Source: a virus (taxonomy: Duplodnaviria; Caudoviricetes). From it: DNA of 64,000 nucleotides. The notes below the pieces were generated by a model, which worked only from the letters and a program-made list of their open reading frames with translations, ran no database searches and was not told the origin of the DNA. Where the stretch lies: IMG/VR virus record IMGVR_UViG_3300002220_000519, positions 21,407 to 85,406 of that record; one strand, 5' to 3'. Below, one piece after another: positions 46,273 to 57,700 of this stretch (the first letter of the stretch is position 1; each line of letters opens with the position of its first letter). The translations under genes and the position numbers were made by a program.

Positions 46273-48333
46273 ATGATGAAATACGACCACAAGCGTGGGC
46301 TATGGACGTTTGAAGACGCCATTACTGTCTCTACTTCTGACATTACAACTACAGGCAAAAAGATATTAGTAGACGACACTGAATCGGGTCTTAAGGATGT
46401 TCTAGCTATTGAGATGGCAATTACACACTCAGACTTTGTCAATCTCAACCATCGGCTTTATCTAGGTTCAGCCATGAAAGACTCCGTAGAGTCCTGGCTT
46501 AAGCCCTACCCGAAACCAGTTATACGAACACACGACGAGCTCCAAGAACCAATAGGGCGTGTCTATGCTGCAGAGTTTAGAGCGGATCCTGGAATTGGTG
46601 CCTCTGAGAATATGCGCGGCGTAGACAAGGCTGATGTACTTCAGTTCTTAGAATCCTACTCACCTGGCAATAAACCGAGTGGTCATATTTATGCTGGTTT
46701 CTACGTCTCCGATCGCGATGCCATAAATAAGTGGTTAGATGGGCGCTACCAAACAGTATCGGTTGGTTTCAATACCAAGGAAGCCTTCTGTTCTAAGTGT
46801 GGAGCAAACTTCGCTACGATGTCTATGGATGAGGCACAGGACCACGAACATATTCCTGGAAAAGATGATTGTCATATTATAGTCGGTCATAAAAAGTATG
46901 AGCACCTTGCTGTTGTAAACCAGCCAGCTGATGAGTTTACCTATGTTGCTACTATGAAAATAGAGAAGCAAATGTATGGTGACTCGATTGCCCCAAAGAC
47001 GTTTATATTTAATTCAACTAAAGTAACATCACTTGGAGATGAAGCGGCCATGCCAATGACAAATCTATCTATTACCCCAACAGAGGTAAAGATAGTTTGG
47101 CCCGCAGAAGCAAAGCTCCTACTAGAAGATGCTAGACGCAAACAGTATATTACCGATACCGTTGCCGACCACAGTCACCGCGCCATACTAGACCCAGAAA
47201 CAAAGAACGGTTATACAGATTGGGTATTAGTGCACTCGCACTCTGTCGCAAACGATGTGTTGTCCACGGAACACACCTACGACTACGCCGCCCCAGTCGA
47301 CGAACACGGTAATTACCCAATTAAATTAGCAGATCACAGCCACGCACTTGGTAAGGAAGTAGAGCCACTAGTTGACTCAGCAGACACCAAGTATGTAGTG
47401 GAGTTTGTCTGCGACCAAGCAACTGACTTCTCTGAAAATGATACACTAGAAGCAATGGTTGCTATGGACGATGATTGGGACGCTATTGAACAAGAACTAG
47501 TAACAGAGGGCGAGCTAACAGAGGACGCAAAGTTATCAACTGCCAAGCGTAAAAGCTTGCCAGACTCTGTATTCTGTGGCCCCGGACGATCTTTTCCCGT
47601 AAATGACTGTGCACATTACACTGCTGCACTGCGTTTACTAAATAGGTACAAAGGTTCTGACTCTACCAAAGCAAAAATTCATTCATGCATTACTCGTAAA
47701 GGTAAGAGACTAGGTTGTGGAGCCGATAGTGTAGAGGAAGCGGCAACAACTGAACCAACAGACCTGGACACTATGTTAGCTCGTGAAGACGTTAAGACAC
47801 ACATTGATGGCCTATTGGGGCAAAAGGATGCTGTTATTAATAGTCTAAATGAGAAGTTAGTGATACTGGAGGCTGAGGTTAAGGAACTAAAGGCGACAGT
47901 TGAGCTACTAACAACAGAAGCCACCAAGAAAGACGAAGATTTAACAACTACCAAAAGTCTATTGGTTACAGAACAAGAGGCAAAATCTGCGCTGACCGAT
48001 CAGAATGTTAAATTCTTCAAGCTCTACAAGCTTTCTATTGTTGACGAAATCATACTACGTGCACAGTTATCAAATAAAGGCCCGGTGGCCGAGGCCCTCA
48101 TTCCAGCTGCAGGTGAGCAGCTGATAGATAAAATAGCCGTGATGCGGCAAACCCTATCAAAAGAATCCTTGGAAACTCTGAAGAGTAAACTGGATTCGGT
48201 TGATGGAGACCCAAGTACAGTACAGGTTCAGAAACTTGACCCAGTAGATTTTGGCAAAGGAAAGGATGAGCTTGCTACACAAGCACAAACCGCGCCACAA
48301 CCAAAAACCCTGGACCAGGTCTTCTCCACCTAA
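46273..48333 (+). CDS. Prohead protease-scaffold fusion
   Basis: KPVIRTHD..EPIGRV, DGRYQTVSVG, CSKCG, EHLAVVNQPAD; C-terminal coiled coil. Confidence 0.8.
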   Translation: MMKYDHKRGLWTFEDAITVSTSDITTTGKKILVDDTESGLKDVLAIEMAITHSDFVNLNHRLYLGSAMKDSVESWLKPYPKPVIRTHDELQEPIGRVYAAEFRADPGIGASENMRGVDKADVLQFLESYSPGNKPSGHIYAGFYVSDRDAINKWLDGRYQTVSVGFNTKEAFCSKCGANFATMSMDEAQDHEHIPGKDDCHIIVGHKKYEHLAVVNQPADEFTYVATMKIEKQMYGDSIAPKTFIFNSTKVTSLGDEAAMPMTNLSITPTEVKIVWPAEAKLLLEDARRKQYITDTVADHSHRAILDPETKNGYTDWVLVHSHSVANDVLSTEHTYDYAAPVDEHGNYPIKLADHSHALGKEVEPLVDSADTKYVVEFVCDQATDFSENDTLEAMVAMDDDWDAIEQELVTEGELTEDAKLSTAKRKSLPDSVFCGPGRSFPVNDCAHYTAALRLLNRYKGSDSTKAKIHSCITRKGKRLGCGADSVEEAATTEPTDLDTMLAREDVKTHIDGLLGQKDAVINSLNEKLVILEAEVKELKATVELLTTEATKKDEDLTTTKSLLVTEQEAKSALTDQNVKFFKLYKLSIVDEIILRAQLSNKGPVAEALIPAAGEQLIDKIAVMRQTLSKESLETLKSKLDSVDGDPSTVQVQKLDPVDFGKGKDELATQAQTAPQPKTLDQVFST

Positions 48334-48374
48334 GCAACAAAAACACACTCTAAGATCACGGAGGATAACAACCC

Positions 48375-49556
48375 ATGAGTGAACATTTCACAATCTCAGG
48401 TGCCATTCCTAAAATGCAGCTAAAGCAGCTGAGCGCCCAATGGTTGGAAGAGAACGTACGCGGACCACACGCTCTTTCCAGCGAAGAGGTGCCAGCTGTA
48501 CCTTACCTGCCATTTAGATTCCTTCCGGCCTTACAGTATTTCGATACTATAAACCGGATGCGCGAAGGAATAGTTCTGTTGAAAGGTACTATTGTAAGCA
48601 CTGTTAACCCATTGCAGACAGTTGCCGTACCAACAGACTCGTCTACCGCTAACGGAAACCAAGAAGTGTGGGACAGTGCACAGCAGTGGCCCCTATTCCT
48701 GGACAGAAACGGTGTACCAGTAAGCGTAACACTAGAGCAGAGTATTAATGGATATGGTTCAGATGTCCACGCTCTGTTACTACCAGCCACTGGTCCACAG
48801 TACGCTAGCGTAGCTACTGGTATTGACTACACTTATACCACAAACGATTCCAGCATGGGTCGTTTACGTGTAGACGGCTCTCTAATGGAAGCCGGCGACA
48901 CGGTAACAATGCTATGGAACAACCCAGTCGGCGTAGTGATGGACGATATCTACGTAGACTACAGAGGCCAGTTCCTGAACTACCATACAGAGGGCAGACT
49001 ATTAACCAATGTCTACAAGCAGATGGCTGTAGTGTATCCATATGTAGATATCACTAAGCTAACCGATGTGGCCAATGGTTACTTTGGTACTAACGTTGTA
49101 TGGACAGACCCCGGCGTCGGCGAAACTGCAATCAAGCCAACAATAGATAAGCTATATCGGTACCTGCATGGTCCGACAGCCAGTCTAGTAAACGGCGCAA
49201 AGATTGTATCAGACGAAGCCGGAAACCCAACAATTTACGCCCCAGTTTATACTTCAGGCTCAGAGACCGTTCTAGAAGCTATGAGAGATATAGCTGACGT
49301 AAACAAACAAGTTATTGGTTCGCTAGAAGGCCTAAACCCGAAGCAGCCACATAGCCTGAATGACCTAACAGATACCATGCTGGGCAGCATGATGACTGGT
49401 ACAGACACCATGGGGATCGAAAGTGAACTATTCTTGTTCACCAACGCGATACTAGGTCTAGCCAATCCAGCCGCAACAATTACCCGGACCGCAATCAAGA
49501 CAGCAATACGCAAGGGCCACTTTGGCTGGGCAACGCTGTGGATTAACGTTCGCTAG
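48375..49556 (+). CDS. Head structural/decoration protein
   Basis: Lies between protease and MCP; RBS GGAGG; codon usage similar to MCP. Confidence 0.6.
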   Translation: MSEHFTISGAIPKMQLKQLSAQWLEENVRGPHALSSEEVPAVPYLPFRFLPALQYFDTINRMREGIVLLKGTIVSTVNPLQTVAVPTDSSTANGNQEVWDSAQQWPLFLDRNGVPVSVTLEQSINGYGSDVHALLLPATGPQYASVATGIDYTYTTNDSSMGRLRVDGSLMEAGDTVTMLWNNPVGVVMDDIYVDYRGQFLNYHTEGRLLTNVYKQMAVVYPYVDITKLTDVANGYFGTNVVWTDPGVGETAIKPTIDKLYRYLHGPTASLVNGAKIVSDEAGNPTIYAPVYTSGSETVLEAMRDIADVNKQVIGSLEGLNPKQPHSLNDLTDTMLGSMMTGTDTMGIESELFLFTNAILGLANPAATITRTAIKTAIRKGHFGWATLWINVR

Positions 49557-49597
49557 TCTACCGAATAACAATCTCGAAAACGGAGGAATATAAACAC

Positions 49598-50983
49598 ATG
49601 CCAAACGGAAAAATGCTACTTTCCGAAGAGCAGGTAATGAGTCGCATAAACGAATTCGCGGGCCTGTTCCAAATGGACGAAGGGCAGCAAAAGGCGTGGA
49701 CCGAAAAGCGCAGAGTTTTTAATTTGGCCGATGCGTTCCAGAACCATGGTACAGCTCCTGACGGTGACGTGAAGCATTTAAAGGACGTAATCACCAGTGC
49801 AGAGCTAAAACCATTCATCGAGCCGGCTATACAGTACGTTATCGTATCCGCAATGCAGCCCAGACTCCTGATCTCTCAGTACCTATTTAGAGAGATCCAA
49901 ACCCAAAAAGAAATCCTCAAGATGGGGTTCGTAGGTCCTTTAAAGGCTGAAAGAATTCCAGAGGGCGGAAAATACCCGGACATTAACTTCGTGATGCGCG
50001 AAACAGGCGACACGGTAAACATCACACCGTACAAATACGGTTTGAAAATACCGATCACTGATGAAGCTGTACAGAAGTCTGAATGGGACATTATGGCATT
50101 CTGGTTCGAAAGAGCTGGATGGGCCCTAGCCGCTCGTAAGGAAGAGGAAGCAACCCAGCTGATTCAAGAGGCTGGTCACGTGTCTTTCGATAATAGTTCG
50201 CCAGCAGATAGCGTCCACGGATGCTGCACTGGTCGCGCTGTTACAGGAGCACAAAACGGTACCTGGACAATGAATGACCTGATTGCACAGTGGGCCGATC
50301 TTGCAATGATGGGCTTAACCCCAGACACCATTATTATGAACCCATTAGCTTGGGCAGTATTAATGGCAGACCCAGAACTGCAAACCATTGTTAAGCAGTC
50401 AAATATCACCTATGAATATATGCCTGGTGGAAAACCAGCTCCTGGTTTCCCAGAAAGCTACCACGGTGGCCTAGGTCTATGGTCTAAGGGTGTAGGTAAT
50501 GCATGGCCAGGCGGCGGAACTCCAGAGCTAAAGGCCGGTGCTGACCCATGGAGTTGGGGGCTAAACCCAATGGGCGCCAACTTCCTAATGAAGACTGACT
50601 TCTTCCCTGGACCAGTCCGCATTCTAGTAACCCCAACCGTAACAGTGGACACTGATGGTTTTGTAAACCCAACTGGAACCGGTGGTGGATTACCAGATAC
50701 CGGCGCTCTAGCAACTACAGACATCATCATGGCTTGCTCCAAGTATTGTGGCGTAATCGCAACACCATACGGCGCTGGCGTAAAGTTTGATGACTGGAGA
50801 GACCCAGAGCGGGACATCACAAACATAAAAGCTAGTTCAATTTGGGGTATGGGTATCCTGGCACAAGGTAAGGGTATCAATATCGCCAAGAGAATTGTCA
50901 TCGATCGCAATTATGCGTTTAACAACGTAAATAGCATCACCCTGACAAATCCACTAGCAGACGATATTACTTTTGCTACCTAA
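49598..50983 (+). CDS. Major capsid protein (HK97 fold)
   Basis: AERIPEGGKYP, KYGLKIPITDEAVQKSEWDIM..AGWALAARKEEEA, TIIMNPLAW. Confidence 0.88.
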   Translation: MPNGKMLLSEEQVMSRINEFAGLFQMDEGQQKAWTEKRRVFNLADAFQNHGTAPDGDVKHLKDVITSAELKPFIEPAIQYVIVSAMQPRLLISQYLFREIQTQKEILKMGFVGPLKAERIPEGGKYPDINFVMRETGDTVNITPYKYGLKIPITDEAVQKSEWDIMAFWFERAGWALAARKEEEATQLIQEAGHVSFDNSSPADSVHGCCTGRAVTGAQNGTWTMNDLIAQWADLAMMGLTPDTIIMNPLAWAVLMADPELQTIVKQSNITYEYMPGGKPAPGFPESYHGGLGLWSKGVGNAWPGGGTPELKAGADPWSWGLNPMGANFLMKTDFFPGPVRILVTPTVTVDTDGFVNPTGTGGGLPDTGALATTDIIMACSKYCGVIATPYGAGVKFDDWRDPERDITNIKASSIWGMGILAQGKGINIAKRIVIDRNYAFNNVNSITLTNPLADDITFAT

Positions 50984-51003
50984 TAATACTTAGATGCAAT
51001 AAC

Positions 51004-51029
51004 GGGGCGGGGTCGTAAGGCCCCGCCCC
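51004..51029 (+). terminator. Strong GNRA hairpin after MCP with no U-tract
   Basis: GGGGCGGGGTC-GTAA-GGCCCCGCCCC. Confidence 0.6.
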
Positions 51030-51057
51030 AAGAGAAACATGGGAGAGGGGAAAACAA

Positions 51058-51636
51058 ATGGCTGACGAAAAGAAAGTATCTGGGCACCCAGAGATAAAGG
51101 ATTACTTGATTTTACGAAATCAAGGAGTTTTTATAGATTCTAGAAGCGGTGTTCGCCTTAACTTGTTCAACTTGAGCAATTCATTCTGTAAAACACCACA
51201 AGCGTTTAAGGAAAAACCAGAGGCCTTTCCAATCCTACTTACAGCTCTTCATATTGGGCACTTGGTTACAGCTGATACGCCACCTACAGCAGGTGCGAAA
51301 AGAGTTAAGCTAACTGACAGCCCACTAGTAGAGCTGCTTAAGTTAGAGTATGACGCCTTCAAGGCAAGAGTTCTAGCAATAAGATCCATAGACTATTTGG
51401 ATCAAGTTGTTGCTGTAGAGGAAGGCCGTACACTTGAGCATGGTGGACCACGGCGTAATTTTCTAGGCTTACTTCTAGGACGTAGAGCTGATCTTCTAGA
51501 AAAGATGGAGGAAAAGAACACCGAGGCCTACTCAGATAATCAAGACCCGTTGAAAAGTGCCACCGTGGCCAAACAACCATTAGTCAAACAGGACGTACGC
51601 TTACCAAAAAAGCCATCAGTAAAACGTAAGAGATAA
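51058..51636 (+). CDS. Putative head-associated protein
   Basis: Position after MCP; 192 aa. Confidence 0.55.
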   Translation: MADEKKVSGHPEIKDYLILRNQGVFIDSRSGVRLNLFNLSNSFCKTPQAFKEKPEAFPILLTALHIGHLVTADTPPTAGAKRVKLTDSPLVELLKLEYDAFKARVLAIRSIDYLDQVVAVEEGRTLEHGGPRRNFLGLLLGRRADLLEKMEEKNTEAYSDNQDPLKSATVAKQPLVKQDVRLPKKPSVKRKR

Positions 51637-53375
51637 TGTCAAGGCCAGTAGTAATAGTAACTAGTCCAGTCGATGCTGCATTAGATGTGGCGGTTTCCGT
51701 TGCACCTTATGCTGTCTTCGACCAAGCACTAAACCCCGCCTCAGTAAACTTCCAGACTGTACAACTTCTAAACTCGTCAAATGTTCCACTAACTGGAGTT
51801 GTTGCATACGATAGTGTACTGCGTAAGGTTACTTTTACTCCTTCGGCCGTATTATCATATAGTAGTGTATATACCTTTAGATTAGTAGGATGGCGTAAAG
51901 GCATAGATGCTTTTGAACATGGGATAATGAACCTATATTCCGAAGCATTATATGGTATTATAGATATATCATTTACTACAATTGCGCCTCCTACCCCAGA
52001 TGACCCAGAAGCCCCAGCTACCCCAGAGAACACACAAGATGTTGTTGGGGTAGACCCAGCCAATGCAGAAATAATGGTGCCAGTAGAACTAGATAACCAT
52101 TATATGGCTCTTGAGTTCTTACTACCAGTTCCACTGACACAAGTTATTACAACCATCACGGGAAACGACGATGATGCGTTGGAAGATCTTATATTAGTTG
52201 GTGTGACAACAAGAAACTCGGCTGCTGGTGTTTTAAACTGGGTGCTACAGTCAGTTGATAATGCTGGAGTTTTAACCTACGACGTGGAACTATTAAATGG
52301 TGCCATCGTAGTTGCACACGGGACTGGGGTAGCTGGAAGTATAAGTCTAGATGAAGTTAGTGGTTCTGGAATTCATGGTTCTGTTACAGTAGGGGGCGAC
52401 GATGCAGCCACAGGAACAATTACCGTAAACCTAACCATCGTTCCTTTATACGACCACTTATCAATCACTGGGGTAAACTGCATTGGGCTTTATGGTGCAA
52501 ACTACCCAGAGATTAACTTTTCCTTTGAGTGGGAAGGCCTAATATATACAATTACGGAGGCTTCAGTAGCTAATACTTATATTGGCCGAGTTTCATATAG
52601 TGATACTGACCTAACAAACTCAACTGTATATATAGAAGTTGGTCACTATGTTATAGACGATCTTGGTGCTGTAATATGGGAACAACTGGACCTGCCATTC
52701 AGTTATCAGTTTGTTATTACTGTTGAAGCCGGCGTAGGTAGTACTAGTCTGCTAACAAACGGCCTCCCCACAGACCATATTTACTATTTCGTAACGGAGT
52801 TAGAGCCAATGTGGGCAACCATTACGATAATTAGATTAAACATAGGACCATACATCCGCGGTGTTCCAGACGACACAATAGCGCGTCTTATTTATGAATT
52901 ATCGTGGTTAGCTCGAAGACTATATTATGACCAATATGGTGTTTGGTTACCAATTGATGACATAGATAGAGTGCCAGCTGCAATTATCCAATATATTATT
53001 TGTAAAGCAAAGTTAGACGCGCTAGACGCAGCCTTTGCTGACTATACTGGTTCGGGTAGTGCAGTTAGTAAGACCCTTGGAGATTTTAAAGTAGACCGTG
53101 GATCTGTTGGCGGTAACCCACTAGCCTCGCTCCGTAAAAAGTATGAACAATGTATTCTGGACTCATCGCACGCAGCTGGAATAGACTTTAGACAACTAGT
53201 AGTTCGCGCAACAATAATAGCTGAGTTTGACCCCAGACGCCCAATCACAGACTACTCTTGGAGACGTTGGCCTGAAGTCCCAACAACAATGAATCAAAAT
53301 GGTCTATATCCAGAAACCAAAAGTTATATTGCTAGAAATTTAGAAACTAAAACACCGTATCCAAATGGCGTTTAA
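51636..53375 (+). CDS. Ig-like (Big_5) domain fused to a head-completion/neck domain
   Basis: N-terminal FDQALNPASV..RKVTFTPSAVLSYSSVYT; C-terminal QYIICKAKLDAL..SKTLGDFKV. Confidence 0.6.
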   Translation: MSRPVVIVTSPVDAALDVAVSVAPYAVFDQALNPASVNFQTVQLLNSSNVPLTGVVAYDSVLRKVTFTPSAVLSYSSVYTFRLVGWRKGIDAFEHGIMNLYSEALYGIIDISFTTIAPPTPDDPEAPATPENTQDVVGVDPANAEIMVPVELDNHYMALEFLLPVPLTQVITTITGNDDDALEDLILVGVTTRNSAAGVLNWVLQSVDNAGVLTYDVELLNGAIVVAHGTGVAGSISLDEVSGSGIHGSVTVGGDDAATGTITVNLTIVPLYDHLSITGVNCIGLYGANYPEINFSFEWEGLIYTITEASVANTYIGRVSYSDTDLTNSTVYIEVGHYVIDDLGAVIWEQLDLPFSYQFVITVEAGVGSTSLLTNGLPTDHIYYFVTELEPMWATITIIRLNIGPYIRGVPDDTIARLIYELSWLARRLYYDQYGVWLPIDDIDRVPAAIIQYIICKAKLDALDAAFADYTGSGSAVSKTLGDFKVDRGSVGGNPLASLRKKYEQCILDSSHAAGIDFRQLVVRATIIAEFDPRRPITDYSWRRWPEVPTTMNQNGLYPETKSYIARNLETKTPYPNGV

Positions 53376-53898
53376 CCCAGACTTCTATCCAACAGCCTCG
53401 GGCGACCAGGGCATCATGTTACGCGAAGAGTTGTATTTACTACTGCGCGGATTACAGGGCGACCCTGCTATGGGGAAGTGGGCAATACTACGGCACTTTG
53501 ACAAAACAAGGCGTAGTATTTACTGGGATGAAACAAGAAACGAGTCGATAGGTGGGCCTCCATGGGAATATGTAGACATACCAGCACTTTGTTTTCGAAC
53601 TAGATTTACAACTGGTAGACTTCTAAGGGACCAAGACATTCCAACACTAATCGGTTCTATGGCAAACCCTATAGATCTATGGTTCTTTGAGTGGAATGTT
53701 TTACCAGCTGGGCAAATGTTACAAGTTGATGATGAGATTCACCAGATCGATTACGAAAGTGCACTGGTCCCAACAGTACCATATAGCTATCTAGATAGGC
53801 ATAGGATAGTTTTAGTGGAGCCACATTACGGTGAAAAACACGGTAGGTTAGAATACTGGGGCGTATCAACCACAAGAGAAGTCGTTAGAGATGCTTAA
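53365..53898 (+). CDS. Neck/head-closure protein
   Basis: Position; beta-rich; ends GRLEYW. Confidence 0.55.
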   Translation: MAFNPDFYPTASGDQGIMLREELYLLLRGLQGDPAMGKWAILRHFDKTRRSIYWDETRNESIGGPPWEYVDIPALCFRTRFTTGRLLRDQDIPTLIGSMANPIDLWFFEWNVLPAGQMLQVDDEIHQIDYESALVPTVPYSYLDRHRIVLVEPHYGEKHGRLEYWGVSTTREVVRDA

Positions 53899-54691
53899 AT
53901 TCGGACAAAAAGATCTGTCATATGCTGGTCAAACAGCTGCCCAGTGGAAATCGGAAGTTTTAGAGCGATTTTTACTCAGCAACCCGGTGACCTTGGACTA
54001 TGACACGCTTCCAACCGATGGTTCTGTTCCACCACTTAGAGCGTTTGGAAATATTAGGCCAGCAAAGCTATTCGACTTATTTTCAGAAGTTTTTGCTGTA
54101 GAGCTTCCACAGATTGAACTGCGCTCTTTACAAGACCGGAACAGCACACTGCTTGGCAAAACAAGTTTCACATATGCTTATCCAGATGCCCTTATGGAAA
54201 ACGTCTATCCGACTCCAGGTATAGCACCACAGAGACTAGTTGATAATTATATAACGTATAGGCTTAAAGAGCCAATGTCATCTCTACAAGGACTGACTGG
54301 CCCTATCTTCCAAGGAAACCATGAGCAACGCCCAAGAGTGCGTGAGTCTATCAAAGATACCGACGGCAATACTTACGAAATACACGGCCAACGCCACATC
54401 TATGAACTTCATTTAGAAGTCTGGGCTCCTGGAAATAAGAAAGCCGATTATCTTGTAGACTGGGTTGAAGACGTTATAGCAATGTATGGTGGGTGGATGA
54501 TATCAAAAGGCGTACAAGACCTAGTTTATGGTTGGAGAGAGATGACGGGTTTTGAGGCCATGCCAAAGTCCCCAACGGGTAGAATTTTTCAAAGGGAATT
54601 AGTTTACTTAGTCGTGCTAGACAGACAATATATTATCAAGAAACCAGTAATCACTGCGATCGAAGTAGGTCGAGAACTCACAAACTCTTAA
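53891..54691 (+). CDS. Tail terminator-like protein
   Basis: ITYRL..RPRVRE..LHLEVWA..ADYLVDWVE..QRELVYLV directly before the sheath. Confidence 0.6.
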   Translation: MLKFGQKDLSYAGQTAAQWKSEVLERFLLSNPVTLDYDTLPTDGSVPPLRAFGNIRPAKLFDLFSEVFAVELPQIELRSLQDRNSTLLGKTSFTYAYPDALMENVYPTPGIAPQRLVDNYITYRLKEPMSSLQGLTGPIFQGNHEQRPRVRESIKDTDGNTYEIHGQRHIYELHLEVWAPGNKKADYLVDWVEDVIAMYGGWMISKGVQDLVYGWREMTGFEAMPKSPTGRIFQRELVYLVVLDRQYIIKKPVITAIEVGRELTNS

Positions 54692-54716
54692 GCCACGCAG
54701 TAAGGAGAACATAAAC

Positions 54717-57700
54717 ATGCCAAATTATCCTGGTGTAAACTTCTCATATCCTACTGGTGGCCTCGCTGTAGGGCCCCAGGAAGATCTACGTAATGAGAGT
54801 ATCCTAATAATCGGGACTGCCGAAGACGGACCAACTGACACTGTTGTTCGTATGCGGTCACCAGCCTTTGCCAGAGGTGCATATGGACGGCCAGGCGCTG
54901 GAGACCTATTAAGAAAAGCAGAAGAGGCTTGGTACGCACAAGGTGGTAAGCAAGATATCCGATTACTAAGAATCTCGAATGGTAGAAAGGCACAGCTTGC
55001 ATTAGCTGAAGCCTCTGGTCAGGGAGTAGCTACAGAGCAACCAACTGGAACATCCTTGTCGGGACAAACTATTCTGACAAGCCCAGCACTAACAGCCGAA
55101 ATGTTATATCCAGGAGCTAAATATAATCAGGCTACAGTTAGTATGGGGTTTGGGCCATCCGGGTCGCCATCTGTAATTTTCTACAACCCCAAGACCGGAA
55201 ACGATAGTTATTACAGCTATAACAATGATCCTAACGCTTATGCCGATGTGCATAATGTTAGAGAACTAGCCGCTGCAATGAATGCTGACCCAAATTTTTC
55301 ATCTATTGCGACTGCTGAGGCTGGCGCTCTAGCTGCACACACTGAACTGGTAGTCGACCCACAAGGTACTGATGCACTAGCAACAAATGACGATGGTATA
55401 TTAGCCTATATTGATCTTGGTTATGCTAAATCAATATGGGGTGCACCAGAAGCCGAACAGACAGATCCAACTGTACTTGCTACCACAGCTCCAGCAATAA
55501 CTGGGGGCGCAATACCAGCCGACTCCTACTGGTATACATACTCAGTAGTGACAGCTGTGGGCGAAACAAACGTAGAGCCAACTGGAATTATAGCTGTTGT
55601 TGGTGGCACTGTTTATGGACGTGTGGTCGTAACAATTCCAGACCAAACAGTTGTAAGTGGTAACTATGTATTAGGTTTTAACCTATATAGATCCATAGAC
55701 GACGGCGGCCCTGGAACTTACTATAAAGTAGCTTTTGTTCCATCACTAGGTGGTGATGAAGTGACCTATACTGATACTTCTGCAACCACAACTACTGTAA
55801 TTGTACCTGGTAGAAATACAACAGAATATGCCGCTTTACCAGCAAGTTCTGCAGGTGGAAATTATGCTTATACAGGAACAGACGTAACTACTGATGGTAG
55901 ACTACGTTTAGATCTTAGTGCGCGTGTAGACTATCTAACAAACGAAGCTGGCGCTCCTGTACTTATACCAACTGACAGTACGTGTAATGGTAGCTATGGT
56001 GGTGGATTCTTCAAGCACTATGACAACACCGCTTCCTATATATCACAGACTGCTGGGAATAGGCTTTCCGAGCTGTCAAAGGTTGGGGAGCTAGCTGCTA
56101 CACATACCCAAATTCTAAATTGTGCTGGCTTTAGTAAGCTAGACCTACCATACGCCCCAATTGTCCCACCAGCCCTGAGAACAGTTATTAGTGATGTAGA
56201 AGCTGTAACAACTTATACAACAAAGCTACGTCCACTATCCCTAGAAAGAGAAGCTGCTGATACATACAACTGGCGCTACAATAAAATCATGGGTCGTAGT
56301 GGCCCATCATACTTTACGGTTACTTCGCCAGGCGTTGGTGTAGAAACACTGGAATATTCTGCAGACGACCACGCTGACGCTATTCAAATAGTAACCCGCG
56401 GCTTCGTTGGAATATTACCACTATTACCAAGTACAGCCACCGAAGTTGAACTTGAGTTCTCTGCTTCACTCCCACCAGATTGTGGTTGGGATGGCGCGCA
56501 CACAAGAGATTTAATTGGTGAACGTTCAGATGCAACAACTAGATATGACTACTTATACCTTGATAGTATTACAGCCTATGGCGCTGACACTCTAAACAGA
56601 CTTGCTTACCATGCTGGACCGGATACTATAACTGTATATGAAGTACAATCCAATGGTTCATACTCGGATGCTAATGACCTAGGCCACTTATATGAAATAA
56701 GCTGGACCGATCTGGGAGACGGTACAGAACCAAAAGCAAAGATCACATTCTACGGTGCGAGCCGTAGTGCGTTACCAGCAGACGGAACATCTATCTATAT
56801 TACCTATAAGTCATTACCTGGGTTACTAACTCAGACTAATAACTTAATGGGTGTAATGAATAAGATAGGTTGGGACGCCTGGAAAACTTACTTTATTACT
56901 GGCCGTCGTGTATATTTTGCTGGTCCACTTCCATCACCAGTCCAATTATCCTACAACTATGAGAAAACTTGGAGTATCGGTAGTGATTGCATTGTTCTGG
57001 ATTATCTAAGTGGTACACTAGAGTGGTCAGATAGAGCAAATCAGCCTGGAACAGCGATGAACCTGGTTCCACCGATTGTTGTTCGCTCTGCTACGCAAGG
57101 CGCACTACCAGGCCCAGATTGGTCTACAGCCACTACACCGGTAGAGACCCCACCACAATGGTCACGTTTAATACTGTACTACGAATATGACCCAGAGTGG
57201 GTTGATCTAGGTGCAACAGCAAGAGCATTCCAAGGCGGCTCAGATGGTATAACCATGGACTCGGCAGCACTATACGTACAACTAAACACTGTATATAGTA
57301 TGCTATCCAACTATAAGGTTGATCACGTTGTACTACCAGATGGTGCATATCTAGACGCCATAAAGAGCGAGCCAAACCCAATCACTGGTCTATTCGAAAG
57401 TGTAAACGCTGGTTTCCAAACACAGTTAGGGGCCTTCTTAGACGAAGTACTTGAAAATGTGCACGAGACCATGGCTTACATGTCAGTAACACCACCAGTT
57501 GACAATAAACTTGCAACAATACAAAACTGGGTACAAAAACTAGTAACAGTTGATATGTCGGATCCAACCCGTGCTGCTAACTGGTACTCGATTTTAGCCC
57601 ATAGACTGATTCACGTATTTGCAATGCAGCCAATAGTAAGTAATGCGGCCGCAGCCAGATACCTATCAGATGGTATCCCATCATTCGTCGGTACATATGC

